NCBI GenBank assembly: GCA_034431835.1
Contig: DAOUDA010000060.1
Location: 2,106-66,105, forward strand
Reading direction: 5' to 3'
Source of the DNA: Chloroflexaceae bacterium
GTDB taxonomy: Bacteria; Chloroflexota; Chloroflexia; Chloroflexales; Chloroflexaceae
DNA length: 64,000 bases
Positions 42,314-51,804 of the stretch are shown piece after piece (within the stretch, counting starts at the first letter, position 1; every line of letters starts with the position of its first letter). The notes beneath the pieces were generated by a model. It saw nothing but the letters and a program-made list of their open reading frames with translations, ran no database searches and was not told the DNA's origin. A program made the translations under genes and the position numbers.

Positions 42314-45300
42314 TCAGTATGGCGCATCGTACAGCAAGGGTAGCGCGAAACCATCACCAACCGCTTCCAGCGCATAGCGGTTGCGTCCGCCGGAACAGAC
42401 CACCACGCGCCACCAGCCACTCTCAGGTGCAGGAACGCGCTCCTGGACCCAGGCGCCATCGCCGGACGGTCTGCCGTCGATGCCACCGGTCAGGCCCAGA
42501 GGATCGTAGAGCTGGCCCGGCGCGTAGAAGCGCAGACGAACGCCGGAAGGGCTTGCTTCTTCCTCATCAAGGTCGAAATTATTCCAGTACAACCCAGCAG
42601 TGCCTGGCGCAACGTACACCCACGTCGTCATACACAGCGGCGCATCCGCCGGCGGACGAACTTCGACCCTCCCAGGCAGCGCACCAAGACGAACAGGCGC
42701 GCCGAGCGGCGACAGGGCGATCGGGCGGGTGAGCGGCGAATTATCGTGATCGTATCCGACGCGCACGGCCCAGTAGTTCTCGTCGTCGCCATCGGTTTGT
42801 GCGCGCAGCAGGTAGCGACCACACGGCTGCGGATCGGCGATCACCGCCAGCGGCTCCCATGCCTCCACGGCGGCGCCTGGGTCGTCGAAGGAGCGACTGG
42901 CAAGCAACCCGCTCCCCGCCAGGGTGATGTTTGTCCCATCGGGCGTAACGCGGCTGCCCGTATCGTAGAGTTCGAACATGGTCGTGTTCGGCCCATCGGC
43001 TGCCTCGGGATCGACCACATCAAGGCTTGCGCCTGGAGCGAAATGCACTGCCGGGCTCCATAGCTCAACGGTCAGCGGCCGGCCAGTGGGCCAACTGCAC
43101 GGCGACGCGATCTCCAGGAAGCTCGCGCCTCCCACCCTGCTGGTGAGGAGGAAGGGCGCAACCTCCAGCGGCGAAAGAACGTTATCTTCCTCGATCAGTA
43201 CCGTCGCTACTGCCGGAGCGCCCAACGTCGTACCCTCGCCGGGACGCAGGAGCACCTGCACGGTCTCGTAGCGATCCTCCGCAGCGCCGTCATTGTCAAG
43301 AATCGGCAGCGCAATGGTCCGAATCAGGTCGCCCGGAGCAAACGTCAGCACACCGGAGACCGGCGTGAAATCCTCATCGGGAGTGGCCGTGCCGGCGCGG
43401 GTCTCGTAGCCGACGGTAACGGTATAGGTCGCGGTTTGCGCAAGGCGCACCTCCAGCCGCGCCTCGCCGGTATTTTCAGGCGCCACGCTCTCGGCCCGCA
43501 CGAAGCTCGCAGGCACACGATCGTTATCCAGATTAATGAGGCGGATCTCCGTCACTCCCGCCAGTGAGGCATAGGCGGAGGCAGGGTCAGGCGCCACGGA
43601 GACCGAGTAGGGTATCGGGCCATCGTACAGATCATCGTCAACGCCGCTTACCGTCACCGTGATCGGGCGGTTCCAGGTCAGGGCGTCGAAGACCAGCGGC
43701 ATAGGCGGGGCGCTCACCTGCGCCTCGGTCGGATCGCCTGTCACCACCCGCACCGGTACCGGGGCAAGGGGCCGGCTGGTGAGCTGGACCGTGAACGTCA
43801 CGCTGTCGCCATCTTCACTGGTCGTCCACCCCGATGGCGCCGAGACCGCCAGGCCAGCCGTGTCATTGTCGGTAATCTCCACCGTGACGACGGGCCGCAA
43901 CTCGGGCGCATCGCGATTGTAGAAGGGGTCGGAACTGGAAGCGCCATGGCGGATCAGGCTGCGATGAACACTCTGGTTGCCATCGCCGTCCTCGTCTATC
44001 GCGTCATCAACCGCCTCCACCCGCACCACCTGCGGGCTGTTCCAGTTCACCGGGGTGAAGGTGAGCGTCGCCGGGCTGGTCACCACCTGGCCAGGCGGGG
44101 CCTCCACCTCCACTTCCCCGTCGAAGCTCAGGGTCACCGTTACGGGCGCCGTGGGCCGTGTGCGCAGACGCACCGTGTACGAGGCAGACTGGGTGGCGCC
44201 GGGCGCTTCGGTCAGGCGCAGGAGTGACGGGTTCACCAGCACCCCGGCCTCGTCATCATCGAGCACCCGCACGGCGAGCGTACCTGGCGGTAGATTACGG
44301 TAGACGGGATCGGTGGTCTGGATGTCGTGCCTGATCGTCGCCATGGCATCCGGTTCGTCCACGTCATTGTCAGGGGCGGTTATGGTCACCGTTCGCTCGC
44401 GGTTATTGCGATCGAAGACCAGGGTCGTTGGCGACACGGTTATGGGCCCGCTTGCCGCCAACTCCACCGTCACCGAGAGCACCGGTTCAGAGGCCAGGCG
44501 AACCTGGTATGCCAGGGTGCGCCCCTCGGTCACCGTCAGCGGGCCGGCGGGGAGGAGCAGCGCCGCGGTGTCATTGTCGGTAATCTCCACCCTGACAGTG
44601 GGCCGCAACTCTGGCGCATCGCGATTGTAGAACGGGTCCGCGCTGGAAGCGACATGGCGGATCAGGCTGATATGGACGCTCTGGTTGCCGTCACCGTCCT
44701 CGTCCACCGCATCGTCCACGGCACGGACCTGCACCGTCTGCGCCACGTTCCAGGCGGCCGGCGTGAAATTCAGACCCACCGAGCCGGTCGTGACGCCGTT
44801 GATCGTCACCTCCTGATCGAAGGTGATGGTCACCGTCACCGCTTCGGCGGGCTGGCTGCGCAGGCGGACAGCGTAGGTCCCGGACTGAGCAGGGCCAGGC
44901 GCCTCGGTCAGGCGCAACTGCACCGGGCTGACCACCACCCCAACGTCATCATTGTCGGTAATCTCCACCCTGACGACCGGCTGCAAGTCCGGCACATCAC
45001 GATTGTAGAAGGGGTCGGAACTGGTTGCGCGATGGCGGATCAGGCTGGCATGGACGCTCCGGTTGCCATCACCGTCCTCGTCCACTGCATCGTCCACGGC
45101 GCGGACCTGCACGGTCTGCGCGACGTTCCAGGTTTCCGGGGTGAAATTCAGGTTCACCGACCCGGCCGTGACGCCATTGAGGGTCACCTCCTGGTCGAAG
45201 GCGATGGTCACCGTCACCGGTTCGGTGGGCTGGCTGCGCAGGCGGACAGCGTAGGTCCCGGACTGAGCAGGGCCGGGCGCCTCGGTCAGACGCAGGAGTT

Positions 45301-47086
45301 GTGGGCCGACCAGCACCCCGGCGTCATCGTTGTCGCGGATGGCGACCGTCACCGGCGGGACGGTCAGGCGGGCGTAGAACGGATCATCGCTCACGCCCCG
45401 ATGCATCACCCGGCCCGGGTGGGTCTCCTGCTCGTTGTCACCCTCATCAACATCATCATCAACCGCCGTCAGACGCACCTCCTGCGGAACGCGCCAGTTG
45501 GCCGGCGTAAACACCAGCCTGTCAGGAGTGACCGCCACCTGGGAGTCGGGCGTCAGTTCGACGGTCACCGGGGCGGCCGGTTCGCTGTCCAGGACCACGG
45601 TATACGCGGTCGAGGCGCCTTCGGTCAGGGTAAAGGACGTCTGGCTGAGGGTTACGCCGGCAGTGTCATCATCCACAATCGTAAACAGATACACGGAGGG
45701 ACTACCCAGGCCAGCGTTGCTCGGCGTGCCGAGGGTAACGACGAGGTACTCATCATCCTCGTCAATCTGGTCATCAACAATAGTGAAGCGCAAGCGCGCG
45801 CCGGTTGCGCCAGCGGGGATGATCAGCGCGCCAGCGCGCAGGGAATGATCGGACGGACCGGCGGTACCGCTCACGGCATAGGGAACCACGACATCAATGG
45901 CAGCGGGCCGGTCCAGTTCAACCGTTATGGCTGCCGAACCAGCATTTTCGGGCATGATGCGCCGCTCACCGGCGAAGCGCGCCGTTGGAGGCGCATCACT
46001 GTCGGTAATCGTCAGTATCGCCACGCTCGACCCGACAATCTCGGCATTGGCGGGGTTGGAGAGGCGGATCTCAACGGTTTCATTGGGTTCACTCAGTTCA
46101 TCGCTCAGGATCTCGATGGTAAACGAGCGCGCAATCGTACCGGGAGCAAAGGTGAGCGTACCGCTCGCGGGGCGGTAATCAACACCGGGGGTGGCGGTAC
46201 CACCGCCGGTCGCATAAGCGACGGTTACGGTAGTCGAGGCGAGCCGGTTGAGGCGCACTTCCACCGTGGCCCGGCCCTGAGCCTCACTGACGACCAGCGT
46301 CGTGGTGGCAAAGCTCACTTCGAGCGGGGGCTCGGGTGTACTGGTTGGCGCGGGCGCACTGGTTGGCTGTGGCGTCGCGGGCGTCTGCGTCACCGGAGGC
46401 GTCGCCGGGGGCGTCGTCGGCGCCGGCGGCGGAGTCTGCGCCGGCGCCGAAGGGCTGGGCAACGGTGTGGCCGTGGGAGGTGGCGGCGTTGCCGTGAGCG
46501 GTGGCGGCGCCGCCGCCGGCGGTTCATTCGGATTGGTGATAGGTGTCGGCGACACTTGCTCCTGCGGTGTGGGCGTGGGTATCACCTGGCGCACCGGCGC
46601 GGGAGGAGAGGTCGGGGCGCGGCGTGACGAGAGGGCCGGCATGGGGCTGGGAACCAGCGTTGGCGAGGCGGTCGGAACAGGTGCGGGTGACGCGGTGGGC
46701 GTTGGGGTTTCCGCAAGAACGGGTGTCGCCGTCGGCTGGCCGACAACGACAATAGGCACGCTGCTCGGCGGGGGCAGATCACCCGGAGCGCCGGAACTCG
46801 ACTGATCCAGCTCCGCAGCGGCAATCACCTCAGGATTGATCGGCGGGAGCAGCGGGCCGAACGGCCAGAAGCCATAATCGGCCCGCGTGCGAGCGGAGAG
46901 ATCGCCAGCGTAGCGCGCCACCCTGGGTGAAGTAAGATCGAAGGCAATACGAGCGATCGTCGTAACACCTGCGAGTACGGCAAAGAGCGCCAACAGGATG
47001 AGCCAGAGCAGCGGCCGTGATAGGATGCGCCGTTCAGGCAGCCTCAGCCATCGAGCGCGACGAGTTTTCAGGGGTTGTGGTGTCAT
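42314..47086 (-). CDS. giant membrane-anchored surface protein: Pro/Thr-rich linker, three Calx-beta domains, six ~110-126-aa beta-sandwich repeats, and a distinct C-terminal domain
   Basis: N-terminal TM helix (LLWLILLALFAVLAGV). A ~170-aa P/T/S/A linker at 46290-46805. Calx-beta signatures (TATPGVDYRPASGTLTFAPG..ILSDELSEPNETVEIRLSNP; IVDDQIDEDDEYLVVTL; TATPDEDFTPVSGVLTFAPG..ILDNDG). Repeats end in (I/V)xDNDD/T. Confidence 0.8.
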   Translation of the reverse strand: MTPQPLKTRRARWLRLPERRILSRPLLWLILLALFAVLAGVTTIARIAFDLTSPRVARYAGDLSARTRADYGFWPFGPLLPPINPEVIAAAELDQSSSGAPGDLPPPSSVPIVVVGQPTATPVLAETPTPTASPAPVPTASPTLVPSPMPALSSRRAPTSPPAPVRQVIPTPTPQEQVSPTPITNPNEPPAAAPPPLTATPPPPTATPLPSPSAPAQTPPPAPTTPPATPPVTQTPATPQPTSAPAPTSTPEPPLEVSFATTTLVVSEAQGRATVEVRLNRLASTTVTVAYATGGGTATPGVDYRPASGTLTFAPGTIARSFTIEILSDELSEPNETVEIRLSNPANAEIVGSSVAILTITDSDAPPTARFAGERRIMPENAGSAAITVELDRPAAIDVVVPYAVSGTAGPSDHSLRAGALIIPAGATGARLRFTIVDDQIDEDDEYLVVTLGTPSNAGLGSPSVYLFTIVDDDTAGVTLSQTSFTLTEGASTAYTVVLDSEPAAPVTVELTPDSQVAVTPDRLVFTPANWRVPQEVRLTAVDDDVDEGDNEQETHPGRVMHRGVSDDPFYARLTVPPVTVAIRDNDDAGVLVGPQLLRLTEAPGPAQSGTYAVRLRSQPTEPVTVTIAFDQEVTLNGVTAGSVNLNFTPETWNVAQTVQVRAVDDAVDEDGDGNRSVHASLIRHRATSSDPFYNRDVPDLQPVVRVEITDNDDVGVVVSPVQLRLTEAPGPAQSGTYAVRLRSQPAEAVTVTITFDQEVTINGVTTGSVGLNFTPAAWNVAQTVQVRAVDDAVDEDGDGNQSVHISLIRHVASSADPFYNRDAPELRPTVRVEITDNDTAALLLPAGPLTVTEGRTLAYQVRLASEPVLSVTVELAASGPITVSPTTLVFDRNNRERTVTITAPDNDVDEPDAMATIRHDIQTTDPVYRNLPPGTLAVRVLDDDEAGVLVNPSLLRLTEAPGATQSASYTVRLRTRPTAPVTVTLSFDGEVEVEAPPGQVVTSPATLTFTPVNWNSPQVVRVEAVDDAIDEDGDGNQSVHRSLIRHGASSSDPFYNRDAPELRPVVTVEITDNDTAGLAVSAPSGWTTSEDGDSVTFTVQLTSRPLAPVPVRVVTGDPTEAQVSAPPMPLVFDALTWNRPITVTVSGVDDDLYDGPIPYSVSVAPDPASAYASLAGVTEIRLINLDNDRVPASFVRAESVAPENTGEARLEVRLAQTATYTVTVGYETRAGTATPDEDFTPVSGVLTFAPGDLIRTIALPILDNDGAAEDRYETVQVLLRPGEGTTLGAPAVATVLIEEDNVLSPLEVAPFLLTSRVGGASFLEIASPCSWPTGRPLTVELWSPAVHFAPGASLDVVDPEAADGPNTTMFELYDTGSRVTPDGTNITLAGSGLLASRSFDDPGAAVEAWEPLAVIADPQPCGRYLLRAQTDGDDENYWAVRVGYDHDNSPLTRPIALSPLGAPVRLGALPGRVEVRPPADAPLCMTTWVYVAPGTAGLYWNNFDLDEEEASPSGVRLRFYAPGQLYDPLGLTGGIDGRPSGDGAWVQERVPAPESGWWRVVVCSGGRNRYALEAVGDGFALPLLYDAPY
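43850..45310 (-). repeat. intragenic 378-bp (126-aa) repeats, two adjacent near-identical copies plus a third diverged copy
   Basis: GCTGGCTGCGCAGGCGGACAGCGTAGGTCCCGGACTGAGCAGGGCC occurs at 44851 and 45229, exactly 378 nt apart. The peptides AGVLVGPQLLRLTEAPGPAQSGTYAVRLRSQP.. and VGVVVSPVQLRLTEAPGPAQSGTYAVRLRSQP.. are near-identical. Confidence 0.9.
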
Positions 47087-49295
47087 CGGCGTAGCGGAGT
47101 GTGAAGTAGAACGTACTGCCCTGCCCTGGAACGCTGGTTACCCCGATTTTGCCTCCCTGGCGCTCAACCAACTGTTTGCAGATCGCCAGGCCGAGACCGA
47201 TGCCGCGCTCACTTGAGTTAATCCCCTCGCTCGTGCCATCGCCACGGATGAACCGTTCGAAGATCTGGTCCTGCATATCCGGGGGAATTCCCCGTCCGGT
47301 ATCTTCCACCTCGACGCGCACGTGATCACCATTGTCACGCGCGCGAACGGTGATGCCGCCCTCGAATGTGTAGCGGCGGGCATTATCGAGCAACTGATAC
47401 ACAATCTGACGCACCTGGTCGTAGTCACCCAGCACGGGCCGCAGGTCGGCGGCGATATCGAGTGTCAGGGTCAGGCCCTTGGCTTTGATCTGGCTCTGCA
47501 AGGGGAAGGCGGCTTCACCGATCGGGCGGGCCAGATCCATCGGTTCGAGGTCGGTGTTAAGGGTGCCGGCATCGAGGTTGGCGATCACAATGACATTATT
47601 CACCAGGGTGGTCATGTTATTGGCGTGCTGGCGGATTGACTCGACAAATACGCGCTGTTCTTCCTCCATCGGGCCGGCCAGGCCGCGCAGCAGCAGATCG
47701 GAGTTGCCACGGATCACGGTCAACGGGGTGCGCAGTTCGTGCGAAATCGTGCCGATGAAATTGGTCTTGGCGCGATCGACCGTCACTTCGGCGGTCATAT
47801 CCTGCAAGAGGCAGACATAGCCGGAGCGCGTGCCATCGCTGGCGATGACCGGGGCGACGGAAGCGCGCACGATGTAGTCGCCGAGGGTATAGAGATCGCT
47901 GGCGCGCTGAGAGCCGAATCCGGGCACGCCCTCTACCAGGCGATTGAGCGGGATATCGCTCAATCTCGCGGGCAAGGGCGCGTCATCAGCCAGGTTCATC
48001 AAGCGACGGATTGCGCGGTTGATCGACTTGATGTTCCCCAGATCGTCAACCACAATGATACCATCGGTAATGCTCTCAACAATCGCCGCGCGCTGGCTCG
48101 CCTCGGCCTGCACCTGACCGTAGAGACGCACCAGGTACTCGGTCATCTGGTTAAAACTGGTGGCAAGCTGGCCAATTTCATTCTCGGAAACGATATAGGC
48201 GCGCCGGCTGGTATCGCCGTGGCTGATCGCCCTGGCGGTTGCGGCCAGTTCCTCAAGCGGGCGGGTAATCAAGCGGGCGATGCTCACCCCGGCGACGATG
48301 ATCACCAGCGACAGCACCACAATCAGGGTCACGATCGGACCGAGGGCGCTGTTCCACGTGTCCATCACGTAGTCGCGTGAAAGGGCCGGCGCCAGGATGC
48401 CCACGTTGCTGCCGCGAACAATCAGCGGGACATACGCAAACTGATACTCGCGCCCACCAATCGTCTCCCGGCTAAAAAGCGCACCGGCAACGGGCGTTTC
48501 ACGCCCGGCGAACTTGCTCAACAACTCCAGACGCATCGGCGGCGCGTTTCCCGACGCGGTGGCGTCGAACGTGCTGCTCACCACGCGGCCAGCATCGTCG
48601 TAGAGTGTGATCCCCGCAGCCTGCGAGCGGACGGCAAGGGCTGCAAGGAGGTTATCGACGCGGGTCGCGGCGATCAGACCGCCGACTACGTCATCACCCG
48701 CGCGCACCGGAGCAATGGTTGCAAAATAGAGTTGATTGGTGTCAGTAAAACGAATTAAACCAGCATATTTATCACCGTATTCGTCATAATCACCACTAAG
48801 AACACGACTGACAAACCATGCGCCACTCAGATCTAGCGAAGTATGCGTAATATAGTCGTCGGAAGCAACGTCACCGGAACGCTCATAGTCAACCAGGGTC
48901 TTCCCGGAGCGGTCGAAGACGATCAGGCGATCGAGATACACCTCGTTGCGCCTGGCGCCAACGCGGAAAAACGGGTCAAGGGCCAGGGACAACCCCGCCA
49001 CGTCACCATTGGCCAGGGCATCGGCCACCGCCGGAGCGCCGTTTGTCTCATTGGGAAGCGCAAAAGCGACCTCGCGCAAAAACTGCAGGTTTGCCTGCTC
49101 CTGGCTGACCAGGGCATCGTTGGCCGCCCGCGTGACGGCGGCAAGGTGGTTGTCAAAGCGCTCCTGGAGCGACTGACCCACCAGATAGAACACCACCATC
49201 CCTCCCGCCACGGCCACGATCAGCGTCAGCAGCAGGAAGGGGAAAATGATCTGGTAGCGTAATTGCGAGTTAAACTCTTTCCACAAACGGTTCAT
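47034..49295 (-). CDS. membrane sensor histidine kinase (large extracytoplasmic sensor, HAMP, PAS, HisKA, HATPase_c)
   Basis: Two TM helices flank a ~280-aa loop. HAMP ITRPLEELAATARAIS..EIGQLATSFNQM. H-box FIGTISHELRTPLTVIRG. N-box LLDNARRYT. G-boxes EDTGRGIP and GIGLGLAICKQLVE. The 3' end overlaps the next gene by 53 nt. ATG 49295 follows AGGA; 49328 is also possible. Confidence 0.85.
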   Translation of the reverse strand: MNRLWKEFNSQLRYQIIFPFLLLTLIVAVAGGMVVFYLVGQSLQERFDNHLAAVTRAANDALVSQEQANLQFLREVAFALPNETNGAPAVADALANGDVAGLSLALDPFFRVGARRNEVYLDRLIVFDRSGKTLVDYERSGDVASDDYITHTSLDLSGAWFVSRVLSGDYDEYGDKYAGLIRFTDTNQLYFATIAPVRAGDDVVGGLIAATRVDNLLAALAVRSQAAGITLYDDAGRVVSSTFDATASGNAPPMRLELLSKFAGRETPVAGALFSRETIGGREYQFAYVPLIVRGSNVGILAPALSRDYVMDTWNSALGPIVTLIVVLSLVIIVAGVSIARLITRPLEELAATARAISHGDTSRRAYIVSENEIGQLATSFNQMTEYLVRLYGQVQAEASQRAAIVESITDGIIVVDDLGNIKSINRAIRRLMNLADDAPLPARLSDIPLNRLVEGVPGFGSQRASDLYTLGDYIVRASVAPVIASDGTRSGYVCLLQDMTAEVTVDRAKTNFIGTISHELRTPLTVIRGNSDLLLRGLAGPMEEEQRVFVESIRQHANNMTTLVNNVIVIANLDAGTLNTDLEPMDLARPIGEAAFPLQSQIKAKGLTLTLDIAADLRPVLGDYDQVRQIVYQLLDNARRYTFEGGITVRARDNGDHVRVEVEDTGRGIPPDMQDQIFERFIRGDGTSEGINSSERGIGLGLAICKQLVERQGGKIGVTSVPGQGSTFYFTLRYADDTTTPENSSRSMAEAA

Positions 49296-49383
49296 CGTTG
49301 TCGATCCTGGCAAGCGTGAACCAGCCATGTGGCTTGATCACACCGGTATTGTCACGTCTGGCGAAGTGACTTAACCATGATTT

Positions 49384-49412
49384 AGTATAGGTTCCCGACC
49401 CGGCGCGATCAA
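49384..49412 (-). promoter_or_regulatory. candidate promoter of the kinase / giant-protein genes
   Basis: The minus strand reads TTGATC (49412-49407), a 17-nt spacer, then TATACT (49389-49384), in the AT-richest stretch upstream of the kinase. Confidence 0.55.
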
Positions 49413-49478
49413 TAGGACTTCGGTTATAACTGTTTAACACTTTTGTAAAGTGAGCCGAAACGGAGCATAGCAGTTCGC

Positions 49479-49506
49479 GTTGAGAGATGGCGTAGGACCG
49501 CTCTAT
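49479..49506 (+). repeat. 28-bp direct repeat, right copy
   Basis: GTTGAGAGATGGCGTAGGACCGCTCTAT. Confidence 0.85.
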
Positions 49507-49724
49507 CCACGGCGGGACGCGATCACCCAACCGGCAGGGGCGAGCGCCGGGTCGTCTCTGCGCACCCCCACGGCGCGCACACCGACGCGGGTGACCCGAT
49601 ATGGTATACTATGAGGCATTCAGAGCACCATCCTGGTACAGGCGCGACGTTGTTCCCCGGCCCGCGTGTCGGTTGTGAGAAGGAAGGAAGAAACCCTCGT
49701 CTCCCTTCCTGTGCTGAGATCTCC

Positions 49725-50483
49725 ATGCAGCTACGCTTTCTGGGTACCGGCACCTCGATGGGCGTTCCCGTGATCGGTTGCACGTGTAACGTGTGCACTT
49801 CATCCGATCCCCGGAACCGGCGCACGCGCACCTCGGCGCTGCTCCGCACCGCCGAGTCGACGATCCTGATTGATGCCGGGCCGGATTTCCGCGCCCAGGC
49901 CCTCGCTGCCGGCTTGCAGCACCTCGACGCCGTCCTCCTCACCCACTCGCACTTCGACCATGTCGCCGGCCTGGATGACCTGCGGCCCCTCTGCCAGCGG
50001 CGGGGCTGTGTGCCCGTCTACGGCGCCCCGCACACCCTGGCCGAGGTGCGCGAACGCTTCGCCTATGCCTTCGACGAAACCTCGGCCGGCTCCACCCGGC
50101 CCAGCCTTGCTCTCCGCCCCGTCAACGCGCCGTTTGTCATCGGCAGTCTGGAGATCCGGCCCTTCGATGTTCTCCACGGCACCTGGATGATCACTGGCTA
50201 TCGCATTGGCGGACTGGGCTATGTGACCGACGCCAGCGCCATCCCCGCGGCATCGTGGAGGCTGCTCCAGGATCTCGAGGTGCTGGTGCTCAACGCGCTG
50301 CGTCACGAACCGCATCCCACCCACTTCACCCTGGCCCAGGCGCTGGAGGTCATTGCGGCCCTGGCGCCGCGACGGGCGTACCTCGTCCACATGACCCACA
50401 ACCTCGACCACGCCGACGGCTGGCGGCTGCCTCCGAGCGTGGAGTTCGCCTATGACGGCCTGGAGGTGACCATCGAGTCGTGA
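49725..50483 (+). CDS. MBL-fold metallo-hydrolase (PhnP/GPMBL-like)
   Basis: MQLRFLGTGTSMGVP..C.C..C opening and HxHxDH motif LLTHSHFDHVAGL. 252 aa. Confidence 0.85.
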   Translation: MQLRFLGTGTSMGVPVIGCTCNVCTSSDPRNRRTRTSALLRTAESTILIDAGPDFRAQALAAGLQHLDAVLLTHSHFDHVAGLDDLRPLCQRRGCVPVYGAPHTLAEVRERFAYAFDETSAGSTRPSLALRPVNAPFVIGSLEIRPFDVLHGTWMITGYRIGGLGYVTDASAIPAASWRLLQDLEVLVLNALRHEPHPTHFTLAQALEVIAALAPRRAYLVHMTHNLDHADGWRLPPSVEFAYDGLEVTIES

Positions 50484-50535
50484 GGCCCGCGGCGGCGTTG
50501 GTGTCGCCCCCCTGCCTCGCGATTCCGGGCTGACC

Positions 50536-51657
50536 ATGCGCATCGGCATCGACGCTCGTCTCAACGCCTATCGCCAGGGCGGCATCGCGCAGTACACGCG
50601 CCAGCTCCTTACGGCGCTCGCCGCGGAGGCCCCTGATGACATCTTCGTTGCCTTGCAGCACTACAGCCAGCGCCGGCCCCTGGTGGTGGCGGCTAACGTT
50701 GAACGCGCCTCCCTGCTGACCCCGCCGCACAACCGCTTCGAGCAGATGAGCCTGCCCCTCGAACTGTTGCCGCGACGCCTCGATCTGCTCCACTGCCCCG
50801 ACTTCATCGCCCCGCGTCGCCGGCCCTGCCCGGCGGTGATCACCGTGCATGACCTGGCCTTCCTCCACTTTCCCGAGATCCTCGATGCCGATGCCCGCCG
50901 CTACTACGGTCAGGTGCGCGCGGCCGTCCACGATGCCGAGGCGGTGATCACGGTCTCCGAGGCCACCCGCGCCGACATTGCCCACCTGCTTGGCCTGCAG
51001 CCCGAACGGGTCGATGTGGTCTACGAAGCGGCTGACCCGCGCTTTGCCCCGGTAGCGGTGGCCCCGGGAGCGCAGCGCGTGATCAACGGCTGCCGGGTGG
51101 AAGCCGGGGGTTTTCTCCTCTTCGTCAGCACCGTGGAGCCGCGCAAGAACCTGGCAACCCTGCTGCGCGCGCTGCGCCTCTGCCTCGACCGGCGCCCCGG
51201 AGCGGAGTATCGCCTGATCGTCGCCGGCGGTCGTGGCTGGCTCGATGAACCGATCTACGACCTGGTGGGCGAATTGCGCCTGCGTGAGGTGGTGCACTTC
51301 CTGGGGGCCGTCGGCCTCGATGATCTGCCCTGGCTCTACAGCGCCTGCCGGCTGTACGTCAATCCCTCGCTCTACGAGGGCTTTGGTCTGCCGGCCCTGG
51401 AGGCGCTGGCCTGTGGCGCGCCGGCCCTGGTGGCCGACACCAGCAGCCTGCCCGAGGTGGTGGGCGACGCGGCCCGCCTCCTCCCACCCCGGGAGGTCGA
51501 AGCCTGGGCCGATGCGATCGCCGATCTGTGGGACGACGATGCGGCACGGGCGGACCTGGCCAGGCGCGGGCCGGCACGCGCGGCGCTTTTTTCCTGGCGC
51601 CGCGCCGCCTGGGAAACGCTGGCGATCTACCGTCGCGTCGCCGCGCAGGGGCGCTAG
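50536..51657 (+). CDS. glycosyltransferase family 4 (GT-B, group 1)
   Basis: EX7E signature YEGFGLPALEALACGAPALV and the preceding FVSTVEPRKN string. Confidence 0.85.
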   Translation: MRIGIDARLNAYRQGGIAQYTRQLLTALAAEAPDDIFVALQHYSQRRPLVVAANVERASLLTPPHNRFEQMSLPLELLPRRLDLLHCPDFIAPRRRPCPAVITVHDLAFLHFPEILDADARRYYGQVRAAVHDAEAVITVSEATRADIAHLLGLQPERVDVVYEAADPRFAPVAVAPGAQRVINGCRVEAGGFLLFVSTVEPRKNLATLLRALRLCLDRRPGAEYRLIVAGGRGWLDEPIYDLVGELRLREVVHFLGAVGLDDLPWLYSACRLYVNPSLYEGFGLPALEALACGAPALVADTSSLPEVVGDAARLLPPREVEAWADAIADLWDDDAARADLARRGPARAALFSWRRAAWETLAIYRRVAAQGR

Positions 51658-51804
51658 CTTCCAGAGCTTTCGGTCAGGCGCGGCTTGCAGGCGCGCGCCA
51701 CGCGCTGATGGGCGGCTGCGGGCCGCACCTGCGGATGACCGGCCGATGGGCTTCGGAAGCCCTCTGCGGCCATGTACATAGGTAGGAGCTTCGGAAGTTT
51801 TGGC

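Noticed and set aside
47034-47086. The 53-nt overlap between the kinase 3' end and the giant-protein 5' end, considered as evidence of a frameshift or fusion.
   Set aside because: Both frames are independently well supported (complete HATPase_c end; TM helix right after ATG 47086). The only downstream alternative start (TTG at 46996) would cut into the TM helix. This looks like ordinary gene overlap and translational coupling rather than recoding.
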